DNA of 58,938 nt from Ruminococcus sp. (GTDB taxonomy: Bacteria; Bacillota; Clostridia; Oscillospirales; Ruminococcaceae), in NCBI GenBank assembly GCA_015066905.1, contig SVNN01000001.1:1-58938 (forward strand), given 5' to 3'. Shown here piece after piece: positions 19,116 to 28,546 of the stretch. The notes under the pieces are model-generated. The model was not told the origin of the DNA, ran no database searches, and saw only the letters and a list, made by a program, of their open reading frames with translations. Made by a program: the position numbers and the translations under genes. The stretch's first letter is position 1; each line of letters opens with the position of its first letter.

Positions 19116-20003
19116 TCAGGTGAGATTTTTGCCGACGCGCAAACAATTCTGTGCGGGATCAGGAACCGCTGTGCCGAGGAAGCCGTCCGCGCCGCAGACA
19201 GCATATACCTCCGCGCCGCAGAGTCCGTGCAGCTTGTCGAGCGACAGCTTGACACCGTTTTTGTACATCTTTGTCTGCGCCGCCGAGAGCGTGAGCTTCG
19301 GCAGGCTTTCAAATGCCCGTTCGATCGGGATCATGTACGATTCGAGCGTGCCTGCGTCGCGTGCAGCTTCCAGCATCTCAAACGTCACGCAGTCAGAGAG
19401 CGTGAATCCGCTGGAGGATTCACGCCGCAGTGCTGTCATCAGTCCGCCGCAGGAGAGCGCCGCGCCGATATCGTGGATGATGGTGCGGACATAGGTTCCC
19501 TTGGAGCAGGCGATATACAGTGTGCCTGTGCGCGCAGACGCGTCGTAGGAGCGGAGCTCCAGCGCTTCGATCGTCAGAGTACGCGGTTTGCGTTCGATTT
19601 CAATTCCCTGTCTTGCCAGTTCATACAGCCGTTTTCCGCCGACAGATACGGCAGAATACATCGGTGGGATCTGCTCGATCTCTCCGACGAAGCGTGGGAG
19701 AACAGATTCCAGCTGTTCGCGGGATACAGGCAGGTCGGATTCAGAAAGAATCGTGCCTGTGCTGTCCTGCGTATCACTGACCGCGCCGAGGCGGAAGTGA
19801 GCGAGATAGCTTTTTTCCTGACAGGGGAGGATGTCGCACGCCTTGGTGGCAGTGCCGACAAAAACAGGAAGCACGCCCGTCGCCATCGGATCAAGCGTGC
19901 CAGCGTGGCCGAGTCTGCGGAGTTTTAAGATTCCGCGGAGCTTTGCCACAACGTCAAATGACGTAAAGCCTTGCGGCTTGTCGATACAGATGATTCCGTT
20001 CAT
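19116..20003 (-). CDS. truB: tRNA pseudouridine(55) synthase
   Basis: GHAGTLDPMATGVL, PPMYSA, CSKGTYVR. Confidence 0.96.
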   Translation of the reverse strand: MNGIICIDKPQGFTSFDVVAKLRGILKLRRLGHAGTLDPMATGVLPVFVGTATKACDILPCQEKSYLAHFRLGAVSDTQDSTGTILSESDLPVSREQLESVLPRFVGEIEQIPPMYSAVSVGGKRLYELARQGIEIERKPRTLTIEALELRSYDASARTGTLYIACSKGTYVRTIIHDIGAALSCGGLMTALRRESSSGFTLSDCVTFEMLEAARDAGTLESYMIPIERAFESLPKLTLSAAQTKMYKNGVKLSLDKLHGLCGAEVYAVCGADGFLGTAVPDPAQNCLRVGKNLT

Positions 20004-20971
20004 TCTGATTCCGGACGGGGTGCGTCAAGCTCCTTTGCAACAGCGGCAACAACGCTTTGCTTTACCTCATCGAGTGAAGCAGAGCGGATGGCACAGCCGG
20101 CAGCCTTGGCGTGGCCGCCGCCGCCGAGTGTCTGGCAGATGCGCGACACATTTGCGTCGCCTGCCGAGCGGAGCGAGAGCTTATAAAGTCCGTCTTCCTT
20201 TTCTTTGATTGTGATGCCGACCTCCACGCCATCGGTCTGGAGCGTGAGCGCAGTAATGCCCTCAAAGTCATCAGACGCGACGTTCAGCTCCTTCTGGAGC
20301 GCCTTTGTGATAGAGATCACGGTGCATCTTCCATCGAGATGATATTCCATCAGATCAATCGCGCGGCGTTCCAGCTGGATCCGGCTGCGGGATTTGATGT
20401 CGAACAGCTCGCGGTTATATTTTGCATACGGGAGAGCGAACTCCCGTTTGAGTGCTGCAACAATCTCGTGACAGCGCGGGGTTGCGTTTTCAAACTTGAA
20501 GCAGCCGGTATCGGTTGCGATGCCGGTGTAGATGCACGCCGCCATTTGTTCTGTCATCGGCACACCGGTTTCACGGATGATCTCATACAGCACCTCGCTT
20601 GCGGCGGAAGCGTCCGCGTCCAGACAGAGGCGGTCTGCATAATTCACATTGGAAACGTGGTGGTCGATACACAGGGCGATCTTCCCCTCAAACGCTTCGC
20701 GCAGTGCGCCGAGAAGCGAAAGATCCGCCAGATCGACCGAAAGGATGGTCTTTGCGGGAAATTCCACGTCGGGCGCGGTGATATGGTCGTAGCGGTGCGG
20801 GATCTCGTCGGGACAGACGACTCTTGCGCGTTTGCCCATCGCTTCAAGCAGATAGCGCAGGGCAAAGCCTGTGCCGACTGCGTCCCCGTCGGGACTCTGG
20901 TGGATCAGAATCCACGCGTCCTCTACGGTTTTGAGAAAGTCTGCGGCTTCTTGGTAGGATAGATTCTGCAT
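20000..20971 (-). CDS. nrnA: DHH/DHHA1 phosphoesterase (NrnA-like)
   Basis: HQSPDGDA, IDHH, TDTGCF, GGGGHAKAAG. Confidence 0.88.
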   Translation of the reverse strand: MQNLSYQEAADFLKTVEDAWILIHQSPDGDAVGTGFALRYLLEAMGKRARVVCPDEIPHRYDHITAPDVEFPAKTILSVDLADLSLLGALREAFEGKIALCIDHHVSNVNYADRLCLDADASAASEVLYEIIRETGVPMTEQMAACIYTGIATDTGCFKFENATPRCHEIVAALKREFALPYAKYNRELFDIKSRSRIQLERRAIDLMEYHLDGRCTVISITKALQKELNVASDDFEGITALTLQTDGVEVGITIKEKEDGLYKLSLRSAGDANVSRICQTLGGGGHAKAAGCAIRSASLDEVKQSVVAAVAKELDAPRPESE

Positions 20972-20994
20972 GATTTTTGACGCACCTCCGTCTG

Positions 20995-21336
20995 TCAGCA
21001 GCCCAGATCCTTGAGTTTCTGGTTGATTTCGGCAGCGTGTGCAATAGAATCGTCCGCAACAAAGTGCAGAGCCGGCGCTTTGCGGATCTGCAGGCGGCGG
21101 AACAGCTCGCGGCGGATAAAGCCTTCAGCGCTGCGGAGTCCGCTGACGGATTCCTTGGCGGCGTCCATGCCGCGGAAGCTGGATACAAAAACCTTGCAGT
21201 GGGAGAGGTCGTTTGAAAGCTCAACACGCACGATGCTGAGCATCGGGTCGATACGTGGATCCTTCAGTTCACGCAGGATCGCGGTCAGTTCGCGGTGGAC
21301 GTCCTCTCCGAGGCGGTCGCTCTTAAAACTAGCCAT
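20995..21336 (-). CDS. rbfA: Ribosome-binding factor A
   Basis: LKDPRI, DLSHCKVFVS, GFIRREL, LHFVADDSI. Confidence 0.94.
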   Translation of the reverse strand: MASFKSDRLGEDVHRELTAILRELKDPRIDPMLSIVRVELSNDLSHCKVFVSSFRGMDAAKESVSGLRSAEGFIRRELFRRLQIRKAPALHFVADDSIAHAAEINQKLKDLGC

Positions 21337-21404
21337 TCGTTCTTTTGCCGGACACGGCTGTGCCGCCTCCGGCGCTCCTTTCCGATCTTTGGGCGAGAGG
21401 AGGA

Positions 21405-21641
21405 TCAGATATTGATAAACTCCTCACCGCCGGGATTATAGTAGTTTTCTGTATACTGCTGTGCCTCGAAAAAGCCTTCCTCGTCAAAGATATCCTCGGG
21501 CTCGTCTACCTTGCACTCACCCATGATGATACGCTTGACGGATTCAAAGAAATGAATATCTACGGGTCCGAGTTCTTCCCAGGCCAGCGCCTCGTTGCAG
21601 TACTGGATCATGTCTGCATTGCTCATACGGCTGATTTCCAT
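21405..21641 (-). CDS. Hypothetical acidic 78-aa protein
   Basis: RBS AGGGAGG well spaced from ATG, host-like codons, fills the infB-rbfA gap. Confidence 0.65.
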   Translation of the reverse strand: MEISRMSNADMIQYCNEALAWEELGPVDIHFFESVKRIIMGECKVDEPEDIFDEEGFFEAQQYTENYYNPGGEEFINI

Positions 21642-21677
21642 CGTGATGCCCTCCCTGACTGTAATATTTGTGGTTGA

Positions 21678-24359
21678 TTAATCTTCGCGGTATTCTTCCA
21701 TGATGAAGGCTTCGAAAATATCGCCTTCCTTGATGTCGCTGAACTTCTCAAGGGTGATGCCGCACTCGTAGCTGGTAGCGACTTCCTTGACGTCGTCCTT
21801 GAAACGCTTGAGCGAGTCGATCTTATCCTCAGCGATGACGATGCCGTCACGCACAACGCGGATCTCGCACGCTCTTGTGACCTTGCCGTCGAGCACATAG
21901 CTTCCGGCAACCGCGCCGACGTTGGAGATCTTGTAGACCTGACGGACTTCAATTCGTCCCATGATCTTCTCGCGGAACTTCGGAGCAAGCATGCCCTTCA
22001 TCGCGGTGGTGATCTCTTCGATCGCGTCGTAGATGATGCGGTAGGTTCTGATATCTACGCCGTCGCGTGCAGCGGAATCAGCCGCTGTGGGATCGGGACG
22101 GACGTTGAATCCGATGATGATTGCGTTGGACGCGCTCGCGAGCATAACGTCGCTCTCAGAGATCGCGCCGACTGCGCCGTGGATAACCTTAACGCGGACT
22201 TCCTCGTTGGAGATCTTTTCAAGCGACTGCTTGACAGCCTCCACAGAGCCCTGTACGTCCGCCTTGACGATCAGTGCAAGCTCCTTCATCTCGCCCTCTG
22301 CGATGTGAGAGAACAGGCTGTCGAGTGTGACCTTCTGGAAGGACTTGAACTGTTCCTGCTTTGCCTCGTGCTTACGCTGTTCAACCAGCTCTCTTGCCAG
22401 ACGCTCATCCTCAACTGCGTTGAAGATATCGCCTGCGCTCGGTACTTCAGCCAGACCGGTGATCTCAACCGGAACAGACGGGCCTGCTGTCTTGACGACC
22501 TTGCCCTTGTGGTTGGTCATCACGCGGACTCTGCCAACTGCGGTGCCTGCGATGATGACATCGCCGGTGTGGAGTGTACCGTTCTGTACGAGGATGGTCG
22601 CGATCGGGCCTCTGCCCTTATCCAGACGCGCCTCAATTACAGTACCCTTTGCCTGACGGTTCGGGTTCGCCTTCAGTTCGCGGACTTCTGCGATCAGCTG
22701 AACGTTCTCAAGGAGATCGTCGATGCCCTCGCCGGTCTTTGCGGATACGGGGACACAGATGACGTCGCCGCCCCATTCCTCACAGACAAGCTCGTGCTCG
22801 GTGAGCTCCTGCTTGATGCGGTCAGGATCCGCGCCTTCCTTATCCATCTTGTTGATGGCAACGATGATGGATACGCCGGCTGCCTTTGCGTGGTGGATCG
22901 ACTCAACTGTCTGCGGCATGATGCCGTCGTCTGCGGCAACAACGAGGATCGCGATATCGGTGATATTCGCACCTCTTGCACGCATTGCGGTGAAAGCCTC
23001 GTGTCCGGGCGTATCAAGGAAGGTCAGCTTCTTGCCGTTGTGGCGCACCTGATATGCACCGATGTGCTGGGTGATGCCGCCTGCCTCGGACGCTGCAACG
23101 TCTGCGTGACGGATGCGGTCGAGAATCGAGGTCTTACCGTGGTCAACGTGACCCATAACAACGATGACAGGGGAGCGCTCTTCGAGATCCTCAGCAGCGT
23201 CCTCCACGTCTTCAATCAGACGCTCTTCGATTGTAATGATGACTTCCTTTTCTACCTTTGCACCAAGTTCCTCAGCAACGAGGGAGGCGGTGTCAAAGTC
23301 GATCACTTCGTTGATGGTCGCCATCACGCCGAGTCCCATCAGCTTCTTGATTACCTCAGCGGAATTGACCTTCAGACGGGTTGCAAGCTCGCTGACAGTG
23401 ATAGAGTCGGGGATCAGCACCTTGAGCTGCTGCTTTCTTGCACGCTCAAGCTCGAGTCTGCGGAGCTTTTCCGCCTCGGTCTCGCGCTTGCTGGAATGCT
23501 GCTGCTTTGCGCGCTGCTGCGACTTCTGGTTGATCTTCTGCTTCTTGGTGGAGTAATTCTCCTTGTGCTTGCCCTGCGGCGCGATCTGTTCATAGCGCTC
23601 GTTGTATTTATCCAGCTCGACATAAGAACCGCGGGTATCTACGGTACGCTGCTTCTTTTCGACAACTGCGTCAGCGGATGCCATCGAGCCGATTTTCTGT
23701 CCGGTCTGCGGAGCAGTTTTCGGAGCAGTCTGCTTGACAGGCTTTGCCGGCTTCTGGTCGGAGATCGCCTTTTCCTTGGCTGCCGCATAACGCGCGGTAT
23801 CCGGTGCCTTTGCCTTTGCGGGCGGCGGTGTAACAGTCTTGACCGGCTTCTTTGCCGCAGTCTTTTCTGCCTTGGGTGCTTCTTCCTTCGGCTCGGGCTT
23901 TGCCTCAGCCTTGGGTTCAGCCTTCGGTGCCTCCTGCTTCGGTGCTTCAGTCTTGGGCGCTTCCTGCTTCACAGGTGCTTCCTTTCCCTCGGCGGGCTTT
24001 TCTTCTGCTTTCTTCGGCTCAGCCTTCTTTGGCTTTGCCTTGGGCGTATCAGCAGGCTTTTCCTCTGCCTTGGCAGCAGCCTTTGCAGTACGCTTTACAG
24101 GCTTAGCCTTCTCCACAGGTGCGTCATCTTCCTTCTTGGCGCGTGCGGTTTTCTGGGAACGATCCGCAAAATATGCGTCAAAGGAATCCACCTGATTGTT
24201 CTGGCTGTACTGTTCGAGCAGATAGTTTACCTCAGCGTCCGCAAGGGATGAGCCGGGCTTTCTTTTGTTATTATCCAGCTGTGCAAGCCGATCGATCAGC
24301 TCCTGAGCGGGTACATTCAGATCCTTCGCAAGATCGCTCAGCTTTAATTTTTTCGTCAT
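21678..24359 (-). CDS. infB: Translation initiation factor IF-2
   Basis: [30 protein letters not shown]; K/E/A/P-rich N-terminal linker. Confidence 0.97.
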   Translation of the reverse strand: MTKKLKLSDLAKDLNVPAQELIDRLAQLDNNKRKPGSSLADAEVNYLLEQYSQNNQVDSFDAYFADRSQKTARAKKEDDAPVEKAKPVKRTAKAAAKAEEKPADTPKAKPKKAEPKKAEEKPAEGKEAPVKQEAPKTEAPKQEAPKAEPKAEAKPEPKEEAPKAEKTAAKKPVKTVTPPPAKAKAPDTARYAAAKEKAISDQKPAKPVKQTAPKTAPQTGQKIGSMASADAVVEKKQRTVDTRGSYVELDKYNERYEQIAPQGKHKENYSTKKQKINQKSQQRAKQQHSSKRETEAEKLRRLELERARKQQLKVLIPDSITVSELATRLKVNSAEVIKKLMGLGVMATINEVIDFDTASLVAEELGAKVEKEVIITIEERLIEDVEDAAEDLEERSPVIVVMGHVDHGKTSILDRIRHADVAASEAGGITQHIGAYQVRHNGKKLTFLDTPGHEAFTAMRARGANITDIAILVVAADDGIMPQTVESIHHAKAAGVSIIVAINKMDKEGADPDRIKQELTEHELVCEEWGGDVICVPVSAKTGEGIDDLLENVQLIAEVRELKANPNRQAKGTVIEARLDKGRGPIATILVQNGTLHTGDVIIAGTAVGRVRVMTNHKGKVVKTAGPSVPVEITGLAEVPSAGDIFNAVEDERLARELVEQRKHEAKQEQFKSFQKVTLDSLFSHIAEGEMKELALIVKADVQGSVEAVKQSLEKISNEEVRVKVIHGAVGAISESDVMLASASNAIIIGFNVRPDPTAADSAARDGVDIRTYRIIYDAIEEITTAMKGMLAPKFREKIMGRIEVRQVYKISNVGAVAGSYVLDGKVTRACEIRVVRDGIVIAEDKIDSLKRFKDDVKEVATSYECGITLEKFSDIKEGDIFEAFIMEEYRED

Positions 24360-24456
24360 AGGCGAAAACCCCCTTAATGTGGTTTAAGTGTTTGGTTCGT
24401 GCTGTATTTTCACACCTGTCCGGTGGGATTCGGTGGATGCGCGAAAGCAGAATTGA

Positions 24457-24789
24457 TCAGCCTTCGTCGTCAGCTGCGTCCAGCAGCTCGGAAAACCGCT
24501 TTGCAAAGCCCTCGTCGCACACAGCCATCACGGCGACGCGGCGGTGAAAAAGCTGTTCGAGTGCGTCCATCGGGATATCAGTCGGACGGTTCAGTCCGCT
24601 GTCTCCGCAGAGGAATGCGGTTTCCTTGATTGTTCTGGGTGATGCGTCCTGTGCGGTGAGGATCAGCTTTGCTGTGCCGCTGAGATAAGCCTCTTTCACA
24701 GGATCAAATCCGAGGATCAGCTTACCGGCCTTCCGGCAGATCCCCAGCAGATTGCAGAGCTTCTGCGAGCGCTTGCTGCAGCTGTTCAT
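24457..24789 (-). CDS. ylxQ: L7Ae/YlxQ-family RNA-binding protein
   Basis: LLGICRKAGKLILG, DASPRT, DEGFAK; located between ylxR and infB. Confidence 0.85.
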   Translation of the reverse strand: MNSCSKRSQKLCNLLGICRKAGKLILGFDPVKEAYLSGTAKLILTAQDASPRTIKETAFLCGDSGLNRPTDIPMDALEQLFHRRVAVMAVCDEGFAKRFSELLDAADDEG

Positions 24790-25021
24790 ATACATCCCCC
24801 TCTACGCGGCAGGAAAAGGATTTTTCAAGCCGGCGTGATTTCTGTGCCTTGGCGAGGCAATCCGGGTTCTTGCAGATATATGCGCCTCTGCCCGGTTTCT
24901 TTCCGGTGAAATCGAGCGAGATCTCTCCTTCGGGCGATTTCACAACGCGGATCAGTGTCTGCTTCGGCATCATTTCATTACAGCCCAGACAGAGTCGGAG
25001 CGGTACCTTTTTCGGTTTCAT
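24722..25021 (-). CDS. ylxR: YlxR/RnpM-family protein
   Basis: PLRLCLGC, LIRVVK, GRGAYIC. Confidence 0.92.
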   Translation of the reverse strand: MKPKKVPLRLCLGCNEMMPKQTLIRVVKSPEGEISLDFTGKKPGRGAYICKNPDCLAKAQKSRRLEKSFSCRVEGDVYEQLQQALAEALQSAGDLPEGR

Positions 25022-25025
25022 AGGT

Positions 25026-26090
25026 TTATTCCTCAGTCTCTGCGGACGGGATCTCCTGTTCGGGCTTGATGTCGATCTTGTAGCCCGTCAGCTTTGCGGC
25101 AAGCTTTGCGTTCTGACCGCGGTTGCCGATTGCCAGAGAAAGCTGGTTGTTCGGAACGATTACGGTGCAGGCACGGGTTTCGGGATCTTCGATCGTGGTG
25201 CGGATGACCTCAGCGGGTGCAAGCGCACGGGCGATGAATTCCTCAGGTACCTCGCTGTACGGGATGATGTCGATCTTCTCTCCGCCCAGCTCGCTGACGA
25301 TCGTGGTGATTCTTGAACGCTTCGGACCGATGCAGGCGCCGACCGCGTCTACATTCGGGTCGTGGGAACAGACAGCCAGCTTGGTGCGGGAGCCTGCCTC
25401 GCGGGAGATGGACTTGATTTCAACGGTGCCGTCGTAGATCTCGGGAATCTCCAGCTCAAACAGACGCTTGACCAGATCGCGGTGTGCGCGGGAGATCTTG
25501 ATGATCGGCTTCTTTTCCTTGTTGGTGATTCCGGTGACATAAACCTTGACGGACTGTCCTTCCTTCAGCACCTCACCGGGGATCTGCTCGTTCTTGAAGA
25601 GATAAAGCTCGGTGCCGTCGTACATGACGGTGACGGTGCCTCTGCCCGGCTCGACCTGTGTGACGGTCGCGGTGATGCACTCGAATTCCTTATCCTCAAA
25701 CTTGCTGAGGATATTTGCGCGGTGGATCGAGCGGAGATCGCCGTGGATCGACTGCTTTGCAGACTGTGCAGCGGTTCTGCCGAGTGCGCGGGGACTGACT
25801 GCAACCTCAACCGTTCCGCCGACCATTGCGGTGGGGTCGATCGTGCGCGCCTGGTCGATGTTGATCTCGCTGTTGTCAAGCGCTTCGTCGTCCACGACGG
25901 TTTTGAGCAGGAACATATTGAAGGTCTTGGTCTCGGGGTCGATGTCTACGCGCATATTGTCCTCACATTCAGGATATGCACGCTTCATTGCCTTGAGCAT
26001 TGCCGATTTCACCTTTTCAACCAGCAGAGATGTTTCTACGCTGTTTTCGGTGCCGAGCATCGAAAGCTCATCGAAAAAACTGTTGTCCAT
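25026..26090 (-). CDS. nusA: Transcription termination/antitermination factor NusA
   Basis: S1 and KH motifs: SREAGSRTK, GACIG, LSLAIGNRGQNAKLA; RBS AGGAGG. Confidence 0.95.
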   Translation of the reverse strand: MDNSFFDELSMLGTENSVETSLLVEKVKSAMLKAMKRAYPECEDNMRVDIDPETKTFNMFLLKTVVDDEALDNSEINIDQARTIDPTAMVGGTVEVAVSPRALGRTAAQSAKQSIHGDLRSIHRANILSKFEDKEFECITATVTQVEPGRGTVTVMYDGTELYLFKNEQIPGEVLKEGQSVKVYVTGITNKEKKPIIKISRAHRDLVKRLFELEIPEIYDGTVEIKSISREAGSRTKLAVCSHDPNVDAVGACIGPKRSRITTIVSELGGEKIDIIPYSEVPEEFIARALAPAEVIRTTIEDPETRACTVIVPNNQLSLAIGNRGQNAKLAAKLTGYKIDIKPEQEIPSAETEE

Positions 26091-26136
26091 TTTTGCCTGA
26101 TTCCTCCTAAAATTCAATCTATCTGTTTTTGCACGG

Positions 26137-26619
26137 TCAGTCGTCAAATTCCGTTACCCATTTGATACGGGCAACGCCTTCCAGCGGCAGGGTAACCGTT
26201 TCTTCCTCGCTGAGGGCGAGTGTGACGGATTCCTTGTCGAAAGCCGTGAGGATTCCTGTATATTCCTTTGCGCCGGATTCGTCGGGGCGGATGAGTCTTG
26301 CACGGACTTCCGCACCGATGGATGCGGCAAAGTGGCTTTCGCGTACAAGATCGCGTTCGAGTCCCGCAGAGCCTACCTCCAGGTAATAGCTCTGGGAGAT
26401 GGGATCCTTTTCGTCGAGCAGGTCGCTGAGCGGGCGGCTCATCGCCTCGCAGTCGTCGATGTTGATCCCTTCCTCCTTGTCGATGAAGACGCGGAGGTAC
26501 CATGCGGCACCCTCCTTCTCGAAGCGGACGTCCCAGAGGATCAGTCCGAGCGAGTCGGCGATCGGTGCGGCGAGTTCTGCAACCAGTTGTTCTGTGCTGC
26601 CGTGTTTTTTCAGTTTCAT
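26137..26619 (-). CDS. rimP: Ribosome maturation factor RimP
   Basis: LRVFIDK, IDDCE, YYLEVGSAGLER. Confidence 0.94.
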   Translation of the reverse strand: MKLKKHGSTEQLVAELAAPIADSLGLILWDVRFEKEGAAWYLRVFIDKEEGINIDDCEAMSRPLSDLLDEKDPISQSYYLEVGSAGLERDLVRESHFAASIGAEVRARLIRPDESGAKEYTGILTAFDKESVTLALSEEETVTLPLEGVARIKWVTEFDD

Positions 26620-26637
26620 TCGAAATACTCCCTACAT

Positions 26638-26668
26638 AAAAGAAAGATCGGATTGCTCCGATCTTCCT
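26638..26668 (-). promoter_or_regulatory. rimP-leader-type GNRA hairpin/attenuator
   Basis: AGGAAGATCGGA-GCAA-TCCGATCTTTCT-TTT between the promoter and the rimP RBS. Confidence 0.65.
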
Positions 26669-26687
26669 TTCTACTTAATACACTAGT

Positions 26688-26716
26688 AGTATACCATACT
26701 TTACTGGAAAATGCAA
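26688..26716 (-). promoter_or_regulatory. Sigma-A promoter of rimP operon
   Basis: TTGCAT-17-TATACT with TGn extension. Confidence 0.7.
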
Positions 26717-26843
26717 GTGTTTTTTGAAAAAAGCCCGAAAATTTGGGAGATTCTTCGAATTGTCCGTCCGTCGAATACACTTGAGTCTGAAAAACGTACA
26801 GTTTTCAGGTGGAAACCGCGCGAATATTTGTGGCGGATTCCTA

Positions 26844-26872
26844 TTGCATTTTCAGAGCGTTTCCAATATAAT
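26844..26872 (+). promoter_or_regulatory. Sigma-A promoter of aspartokinase
   Basis: TTGCAT-17-TATAAT. Confidence 0.65.
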
Positions 26873-26912
26873 GATAATATCGTGTATTACAGTATGTGAA
26901 AGAGGTTTGATT

Positions 26913-28238
26913 ATGAGTAAGATCGTTGTAAAATTCGGCGGCAGCAGTCTGGCGGATGCTGCACAGTTTCAGAAGGTAAAAAGCATCATCACCGCAGATG
27001 CGGGCAGAAGATATGTCGTTCCCTCCGCACCGGGCAAGCGCTGTGCGGATGACATCAAGGTCACCGATATGCTCTACACCTGTCACAGACAGGCAGGCGA
27101 GGGCGTTTCGTTTGATGATACCCTCGCACAGATCAAGGCGCGCTATCAGGAGATCATCAACACCCTCGGACTTTCCCTCTCGCTGGACGACGCATTCGCA
27201 GAGATCCGGAAACAGCTTTCCACGGGTGCGAGCAAGGATTATGCCGCAAGCCGCGGTGAATATCTGAACGGTATGCTGCTTGCAGACTATCTGGGCGTTC
27301 CGTTTGTGGACGCGGCAGAGATCATCCTGTTTGACACCGACGGCAGCTTTCTTCTGGATGAAACCATCTCTGCTGTCAGAGCAAGACTGAAGGATCTCCC
27401 CAGCGCGGTCATCCCCGGATTTTACGGCGCAACCCGTTCGGGACTCGTCAAGACCTTCTCCCGCGGCGGTTCGGACGTTACCGGTTCGATCATCGCGCGT
27501 GCGGTCAAGGCGACGATCTACGAGAACTGGACAGACGTTTCCGGCTTCCTCGTAGCAGATCCGAGAATCGTGGAGAAGCCGGAGGGCATCAACACGATCA
27601 CATATGAAGAACTCAGAGAGCTTTCCTACATGGGTGCGACCGTGCTGCACGAAGACGCGATCTTCCCGGTACGCACTGCGGGCATCCCGATCAACATCCG
27701 CAACACCAACGATCCCGACGCGCCCGGCACAATGATCGTTTCGGACGACAACGATGAGCCGAGCCGCTACACCATCACCGGTATTGCCGGCAAGAAGGGC
27801 TTCTGCGCGATCAACATCCAGAAAGCGATGATGAACAGCGAGCTGGGCTTCTGCCGCAAGGTGCTGGAGGTTCTGGAAAACCACGGCATCTCCTTTGAGC
27901 ATATGCCGTCGGGCATCGACACGATGAGCATCATCCTCTCCAAGGCGGAGCTGGAGGGCAAGGAGCAGGCGGTATTCTCCGACATCCGCAAGGCTGTGAA
28001 CCCCGACCACATTGATCTTGAGCAGGGAATTGCCCTGCTGGCGATCGTAGGACGCGGCATGCGCCGCACCCGTGGTACTGCTGCAAGAATCTTTGCGGCA
28101 ATGGCGCACGCACGGATCAACGTCAAGATGATCGACCAGGGCAGCTCGGAGCTGAATGTTATCATCGGCATCAGCGAGGCGGACTTCGAAGAAGCCACCC
28201 GCAGAATCTACGATATGTTCATCGGCTCTGAGTCATAA
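26913..28238 (+). CDS. lysC: Aspartate kinase
   Basis: VKFGGSSLA, SAPG, FSRGGSD, ENWTDVSG, C-terminal ACT domains. Confidence 0.92.
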   Translation: MSKIVVKFGGSSLADAAQFQKVKSIITADAGRRYVVPSAPGKRCADDIKVTDMLYTCHRQAGEGVSFDDTLAQIKARYQEIINTLGLSLSLDDAFAEIRKQLSTGASKDYAASRGEYLNGMLLADYLGVPFVDAAEIILFDTDGSFLLDETISAVRARLKDLPSAVIPGFYGATRSGLVKTFSRGGSDVTGSIIARAVKATIYENWTDVSGFLVADPRIVEKPEGINTITYEELRELSYMGATVLHEDAIFPVRTAGIPINIRNTNDPDAPGTMIVSDDNDEPSRYTITGIAGKKGFCAINIQKAMMNSELGFCRKVLEVLENHGISFEHMPSGIDTMSIILSKAELEGKEQAVFSDIRKAVNPDHIDLEQGIALLAIVGRGMRRTRGTAARIFAAMAHARINVKMIDQGSSELNVIIGISEADFEEATRRIYDMFIGSES

Positions 28239-28253
28239 GATTCATACAGAGGC

Positions 28254-28296
28254 AAAAACCGCCGCATACGGAACAATTCGTATGCGGCGGTTTTTT
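28254..28296. terminator. Bidirectional terminator
   Basis: AAAAACCGCCGCATACG/CGTATGCGGCGGTTTTT. Confidence 0.85.
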
Positions 28297-28313
28297 ATTA
28301 TGTATCTGCGCGG

Positions 28314-28514
28314 TTATGCGCTTTTGCGTTCGGATGCTTCTGCTTCCTCCAGACGGATATCCTGTCTGCGGCAGAAACCATGTTCGGGACAGACATCACA
28401 GTCGTCGCAGCAGGTTTCTTTTTCTTTCTCTGCGGAAAACAATCCGAAACAGAATGCGGTGAGCAATCCCCCGATTGCCAGCGCCGCAGCGAGAACGGCT
28501 AAAATACCGCCCAT
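28314..28514 (-). CDS. Small membrane protein with Cys-rich tail
   Basis: RBS GGGGAGGGG, ATG 28514, one TM helix, then CCDDCDVCPEHGFC. Confidence 0.65.
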   Translation of the reverse strand: MGGILAVLAAALAIGGLLTAFCFGLFSAEKEKETCCDDCDVCPEHGFCRRQDIRLEEAEASERKSA

Positions 28515-28546
28515 AATCAAACCCCTCCCCAATCAAGTGTTGGTTG

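Noticed and set aside
23700-24140. Repetitive sequence within infB
   Set aside because: It encodes the usual low-complexity K/E/A/P linker of IF-2 and is not a separate repeat element.
24722-24789. 68-bp overlap between ylxR and ylxQ
   Set aside because: Both proteins look intact; overlaps in this operon are ordinary and no frameshift is needed.
26844-26857. 14-bp identity TTGCATTTTCAGAG shared with the promoter at 46145
   Set aside because: It is mostly the -35 hexamer plus the T-run common to several promoters here; the genes are functionally unrelated.
26873-26912. Possible lysine riboswitch or T-box before aspartokinase
   Set aside because: The leader is only about 35 nt and has no aptamer or terminator.
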